Source: Candidatus Bathyarchaeia archaeon
Lineage (GTDB): Archaea > Thermoproteota > Bathyarchaeia > TCS64
NCBI GenBank assembly: GCA_050014495.1
Contig: JBEKDF010000014.1
Location: forward strand, 1 to 64,000
DNA length: 64,000 nucleotides
Direction of reading: 5' to 3'
The notes under the pieces are model-generated. The model had not been told where the DNA came from, did no database searches, and was given only the letters and a program-made list of their open reading frames with translations. Position numbers and translations under genes: made by a program. Below, piece after piece: positions 60,487 through 64,000 of the stretch (within the stretch, counting starts at the first letter, position 1; every line of letters begins with the position of its first letter).

Positions 60487-61254
60487 ATGAAGCTATTCGA
60501 TTTAAAGGGAAAAGTAGCCATTATAACGGGGGGAAACGGCGGGATTGGTCTAGGCATAGCACGAGGACTATCAAGCGTAGGCTGTGATATAGTCATAGCT
60601 GCTCGGAATTCATCCAAGACAGCGGAGTCGGCGGAAGCAATCAGGGATGATTACGGTGTCAGGGTTCTAGAAGTTGAGTTGGATGTACGTGAACAGGATA
60701 ATGTCGAATCAATGATGAAGAGGACACTGGACGCTTACAATAGGATTGATGTGCTGGTTAACAACGCTGGAATAAATATTCGGAAAATGCCCCAGGACCT
60801 ATCCTCAGCAGAGTACGATGAGATACTTGACATTAATCTCAGAGGCGCTTTCCTATGCGCTAAAGCCGTTTACCCTTCGATGAAGGCTGGGGGAGGAGGT
60901 AAGATAATTAACATCGGGTCTATGACTTCACTCTTCGGTGGACCGAAACTTATGGCATATGGGGCCAGCAAAGGGGGAATAGTATCGATGACGAAGGCTT
61001 TAGCCTCTGCATGGGCTGTTGATAACATCCAAGTCAATGCTATATTGCCCGGGTGGATAGATACGAATCTAACAAGGAGAGCTCGCGTAGAGATTCAGGG
61101 CTTGAATACACAGGTATTGACCCGAACGCCAATTGCTAGGTGGGGTAAACCAGAAGACTTACAGGGAGCCGCTATTTTTCTTGCAGCTGCTGCATCTGAC
61201 TTTGTCACGGGTGTTGCCCTACCAGTTGATGGGGGTTATTCAGCGAATATCTGA
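60487..61254 (+). CDS. SDR oxidoreductase (KduD-like)
   Basis: TGGNGGIG, NNAG, YGASKGG and PVDGGY motifs. Confidence 0.9.
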   Translation: MKLFDLKGKVAIITGGNGGIGLGIARGLSSVGCDIVIAARNSSKTAESAEAIRDDYGVRVLEVELDVREQDNVESMMKRTLDAYNRIDVLVNNAGINIRKMPQDLSSAEYDEILDINLRGAFLCAKAVYPSMKAGGGGKIINIGSMTSLFGGPKLMAYGASKGGIVSMTKALASAWAVDNIQVNAILPGWIDTNLTRRARVEIQGLNTQVLTRTPIARWGKPEDLQGAAIFLAAAASDFVTGVALPVDGGYSANI

Positions 61255-61436
61255 TAATTCTACTAATTATCGAGTGTGCAAATGTCGCGCACGCAATAAA
61301 GATCCTCTGTAAATCCAGTCATCTGTCACTTAAGATTTAAGTTACTGGAACTTACCAAATGACGCGTGCGCGAAACCCTAAGCTTATCAAAGTATATGCC
61401 GAAGAACACATGAAAAGTAGATTCATATCTTAAAGC

Positions 61437-61480
61437 AATAAAAAAAATTTAAAAAAAATAACGTAGCGGATTTTTCCGCT
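61437..61480 (-). terminator. Hairpin plus T-tract terminator
   Basis: AGCGGA-AAAA-TCCGCT followed by long T runs on the minus strand, downstream of the small Zn-finger gene. Confidence 0.6.
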
Positions 61481-61500
61481 TCTCGGTCACTTGACTCGGT

Positions 61501-61671
61501 CTAGAACCTTCTCGGTGGCCTGTGTTTAGCGAAGCATTCTTGGCAGTAGACTGGCCGACCCTCTGTTGGCTTGAAGGGGACTTCCGTCTCCTTTCCGCAG
61601 TCAGAGCAAATGACTTTCGTCATCTCGCGCGGTCCACTGTTATAGTTACTTCGACTATCTCTATATCCCAT
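61501..61671 (-). CDS. Small CxxC-x17-CxxC zinc-binding protein (56 aa)
   Basis: MGYRDSRSNYNSGPREMTKVICSDCGKETEVPFKPTEGRPVYCQECFAKHRPPRRF; upstream AAAGGAGA. Below the ORF-track cutoff. Confidence 0.9.
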   Translation of the reverse strand: MGYRDSRSNYNSGPREMTKVICSDCGKETEVPFKPTEGRPVYCQECFAKHRPPRRF

Positions 61672-61848
61672 TTTTTGTTTCTCCTTTTGTACACGGCAAC
61701 CGTAAGGTTTCCAATATACGCCTTGTCATGACAGCCCCCGACTTTTAAACATATGCTTACTTTAAATTTAAAATGACATTAAGCACGCGTGACAATTTCA
61801 CCAGAAGTTCGGGTAAACCTTATGAAATGTGACATTAACTTAGAGATT

Positions 61849-62769
61849 ATGTCAAGGATTGCAACAAAACAAGCTATAAAGAGCTTCTCGAAAAAGATTA
61901 GTTATCTTCTCTACATCCCCGAGGGATATGACGTTAAAAGTAAGCGGATGTGGCCTCTCATAGTCTTCCTGCATGGCGCGGGGGAAAGGGGAGACGATCT
62001 AGAGCTTGTCAAGATACATGGCCCACCAAAGCTCATCGAGGCGGGGAGGAAAATGCCATTCGTTGTCGTTTCGCCCCAGCTCCCCATTGGGGAGTGGTGG
62101 TCCCCGGATATGGTAGCATGGCTCGTCAATTACATTCTGGGGGATTTGAAGGTGGACCCGTATCGCGTCTACCTCACTGGACTTAGCATGGGTGGCTATG
62201 GTACGTGGGAGACGGCATCAAAGTACCCTGAGCTCTTCGCCGCGATAGCACCAATCTGTGGCCGTGGTGATCCAACATCTGCCTGGAAGCTCCGACATAT
62301 ACCCACCTGGATATTTCATGGTGCCAAGGACACGGTCGTACCCATCAAACACTCGTACGACATGAACAAGGCTCTCAAACAGTATGGTAATGTCAAATAC
62401 ACGGTCTACCCCGAGGCGGACCACGACAGCTGGACCGAAACTTACCTTAATGAGGAGCTCTATAGTTGGTTCCTCAGTCATAAAAGGTTCAGATACCCAG
62501 AATTTTACGAACCAGAGAACCCTGAAAAATATGTTGGGAGATACAGCTCGAAGGAGAACTCGGCTGAATTTTCTCTCAAGGATGGGATACTGTATATCGC
62601 ATTAGAGACGAGCGGTAACAAGGAGCTGCCTTTGAAGCCAGTTGGGAACAATTCCTTCACCTTCGGAGACTTTGGTACATATGAGGTTAGGTTCGTGCCA
62701 GAAGGCACTAACAACTACCCTAAAGTATTCGTCTATGAGAGGTTCGCATACTATCTAAGGGTCAAATAG
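61849..62769 (+). CDS. Carboxylesterase/phospholipase-like alpha/beta hydrolase
   Basis: FLHGAGERG, TGLSMGG, FHGAKD and HDSW motifs. Confidence 0.88.
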   Translation: MSRIATKQAIKSFSKKISYLLYIPEGYDVKSKRMWPLIVFLHGAGERGDDLELVKIHGPPKLIEAGRKMPFVVVSPQLPIGEWWSPDMVAWLVNYILGDLKVDPYRVYLTGLSMGGYGTWETASKYPELFAAIAPICGRGDPTSAWKLRHIPTWIFHGAKDTVVPIKHSYDMNKALKQYGNVKYTVYPEADHDSWTETYLNEELYSWFLSHKRFRYPEFYEPENPEKYVGRYSSKENSAEFSLKDGILYIALETSGNKELPLKPVGNNSFTFGDFGTYEVRFVPEGTNNYPKVFVYERFAYYLRVK

Positions 62770-62771
62770 CC

Positions 62772-63170
62772 TCAATTTTTCTGAACTAACTGAATTAGGA
62801 ATCCGTGAGGGTCCCTGATGGTAGCGAGGCGTCGCCCAGTCGCCTTGTTGTCGAGTGGCCCATCAACCTTGATGCCATTCGCCTTATAGCTATCACACAA
62901 ATCGTCGAGGTCATCAACAACGAATGCGAGGTGATTTACTCCAGGGTTATCGATTACACGGGTCTCCTGTATTTCGAATGAGATGAGGGAACAGGGTACC
63001 TTCATCATCGCTGCCTTTCCACCATGGCTAGTATACTCAACGAACTCGAGTCCAACCATCTCGTAGAATCGAACCGCTTCCTCTAAGTCTTTGACATAGA
63101 GGTGGACGTGATCTAGGCCGAGGTTAACCATAGGTAATCTAATACTATCTCCGTATTTAACGGGCTTCAA
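62772..63170 (-). CDS. VOC/glyoxalase family protein
   Basis: DHVHLYV, NHLAF and DPHG motifs. Confidence 0.88.
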   Translation of the reverse strand: MKPVKYGDSIRLPMVNLGLDHVHLYVKDLEEAVRFYEMVGLEFVEYTSHGGKAAMMKVPCSLISFEIQETRVIDNPGVNHLAFVVDDLDDLCDSYKANGIKVDGPLDNKATGRRLATIRDPHGFLIQLVQKN

Positions 63171-64000
63171 GTATAGAGTTGGATGATTGAACTGTCGGTT
63201 AGTCTCCTATCGAGGCCAACCTTCTCATTAGGGAACTTTGCGGCCGTACCCCAGATTCTGGCATACTTAAAGTTCTGGTAGAAATCGTTGTGAATCATCC
63301 TTGCGAGCTCACCAACGGTGACTGGACCCCGAAAGACCATTGGAACCTTTGCCGGTTCATCCCCTGGTTCCTTCGTGTAGACGCGTGTTATGTCAAGGAG
63401 CCTGAAGAGTCTCTCCCCGAGTGCAGTAGCAAGGTTAGATGCGTGTTCAGTGGATGCGATTATTACATCTAGGGGTTCCGCTGCCAACTGGAGTTGTTCG
63501 ATTGTTCTTCTGTCGGGTCTTAGGTCGGCTTTGTTCGCTAGGATCAGGGAGGGGCGGTACACGGTGTTACCGAAGATGGCTTCCTCCACGGTTTCTAGGG
63601 TCACCCTACCCTTAATCCTGACGAGGGCGGAACGTATCTTGTAGCCATTGAGAAGTTCGATGACGTCCTCTGTTGAACAGTCGACCAACTCCCCCTCCCA
63701 GATGAACTGTATCTGGGTCCCCGCTCTCTTCTCAATCTCGACCTCTCCCATTGGTCTCGTTATGAGGATGCGGCTATTCGCCAGCTCCTCTGCAATCATA
63801 AGGTAGTTACCTGCGGGGTCGTCACGGACATCGACTACTATTATTATGGCGTCGGCATTTCGAGTCATGCTTAGCTTCATGAAACCGTCTGACCTGCCCT
63901 CGCTGCTACCCTCGACAATGGCCGGCACTTCGACTAGCTGGAACTGGATGTCTTTGTAGGGGAGCATCCCCGGAACGGGTGTTTTCGTACCGTATGGATA
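63167..64000 (-). CDS. DRG/OBG-family GTPase with TGS domain (5' end beyond window)
   Basis: YPYGTKTPVPGML, QLVEVP, ANKAD, RVYTK and YARIWG motifs. Confidence 0.9.
   Translation of the reverse strand, partial: YPYGTKTPVPGMLPYKDIQFQLVEVPAIVEGSSEGRSDGFMKLSMTRNADAIIIVVDVRDDPAGNYLMIAEELANSRILITRPMGEVEIEKRAGTQIQFIWEGELVDCSTEDVIELLNGYKIRSALVRIKGRVTLETVEEAIFGNTVYRPSLILANKADLRPDRRTIEQLQLAAEPLDVIIASTEHASNLATALGERLFRLLDITRVYTKEPGDEPAKVPMVFRGPVTVGELARMIHNDFYQNFKYARIWGTAAKFPNEKVGLDRRLTDSSIIQLYT

Overview
Archaeal genomic window. The gene repertoire, CCA-encoding tRNA-Asp, Tfx, DRG GTPase and AcdB fit a sediment archaeon such as Bathyarchaeia; that assignment is inference. About 55 housekeeping and metabolic genes are present: modABC/Tfx/XdhC, leuACD and leuB, thrBC, ABC exporters, a GH172/isomerase/kinase sugar operon and a sulfur-relay trio. 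They are interspersed with decayed accessory patches at about 1-5.5, 17.8-19, 25.3-25.7 and 44.4-46 kb. Two observations stand out. (1) A tightly coupled five-gene operon (7827-15467, minus strand) encodes an 870-aa tubulin/FtsZ-superfamily GTPase with a ~400-aa helical insert, a probable degenerate Zn-ribbon/tubulin-fold partner, a polytopic membrane protein and a secreted membrane-anchored protein. It converges on a repeat-rich surface protein and is a candidate envelope-spanning cytoskeletal or membrane-remodelling system. (2) Alternating (CG)n runs of 7-10 nt sit repeatedly at gene-truncation and deletion junctions and beside IS ends, for example inside asd; a shorter GGGCGC marks the aspartokinase deletion. 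This suggests a recurrent rearrangement signature or an assembly artefact. All calls come from reading the sequence by eye; no searches were run.
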